Assembly: GCA_964520705.1 (NCBI GenBank)
Contig: CAZFPS010000005.1
Location: 1-41,169, forward strand
DNA length: 41,169 nucleotides
From: an uncultured Planctomycetia bacterium
GTDB taxonomy: Bacteria; Omnitrophota; Gorgyraeia; Velamenicoccales; JABMQK01
Direction: 5' to 3'
Text below: more model-generated notes on this DNA
Database searches by the model: none
Seen by the model: only the letters and a program-made list of their open reading frames with translations
What the model was told of the DNA's origin: nothing
How positions within the stretch are numbered: the stretch's first letter is position 1
The DNA itself: not shown here

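Noticed and set aside
1-41169. tRNA or rRNA genes
   Set aside because: None were recognised; the intergenic gaps are short and explained by promoters, the riboswitch and repeats.

Overview
Everything credible in this window lies on the + strand, and it reads as a Tad/Flp (type IVc) pilus locus followed by a giant gene. Bases 1-2234 hold a DUF192 gene and a 524-aa HTH-bearing hypothetical, each behind a consensus sigma70 promoter. A third promoter and a c-di-GMP-I riboswitch with an overlapping terminator precede 12 tandem prepilin-like genes (Flp/TadE/TadG-like), then tadB and tadC. A GxxExxY nuclease cassette follows, flanked by short inverted repeats and a 28-bp direct repeat. From 11308 to the window end runs one frame +1 ORF of at least 9,954 codons, which the ORF track misses because it has no stop codon in the window. 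Its N-terminal part has a signal peptide, a C39-like peptidase, Gly-rich membrane regions, a long beta-rich stretch, a degenerate SecA-like domain and an HExxH motif. From about 28.7 kb it becomes an array of unrelated modules (two caspase-fold His/Cys peptidases, two JAB/MPN, M48, radical SAM/SPASM, J-like). These are separated by linkers carrying about 50 'SSP' motifs, DNA direct repeats and in-frame REP-like palindromes. The layout resembles Omnitrophota (OP3) giant-protein loci; that taxonomy is an inference. All domain calls are by-eye motif matches, not database searches.
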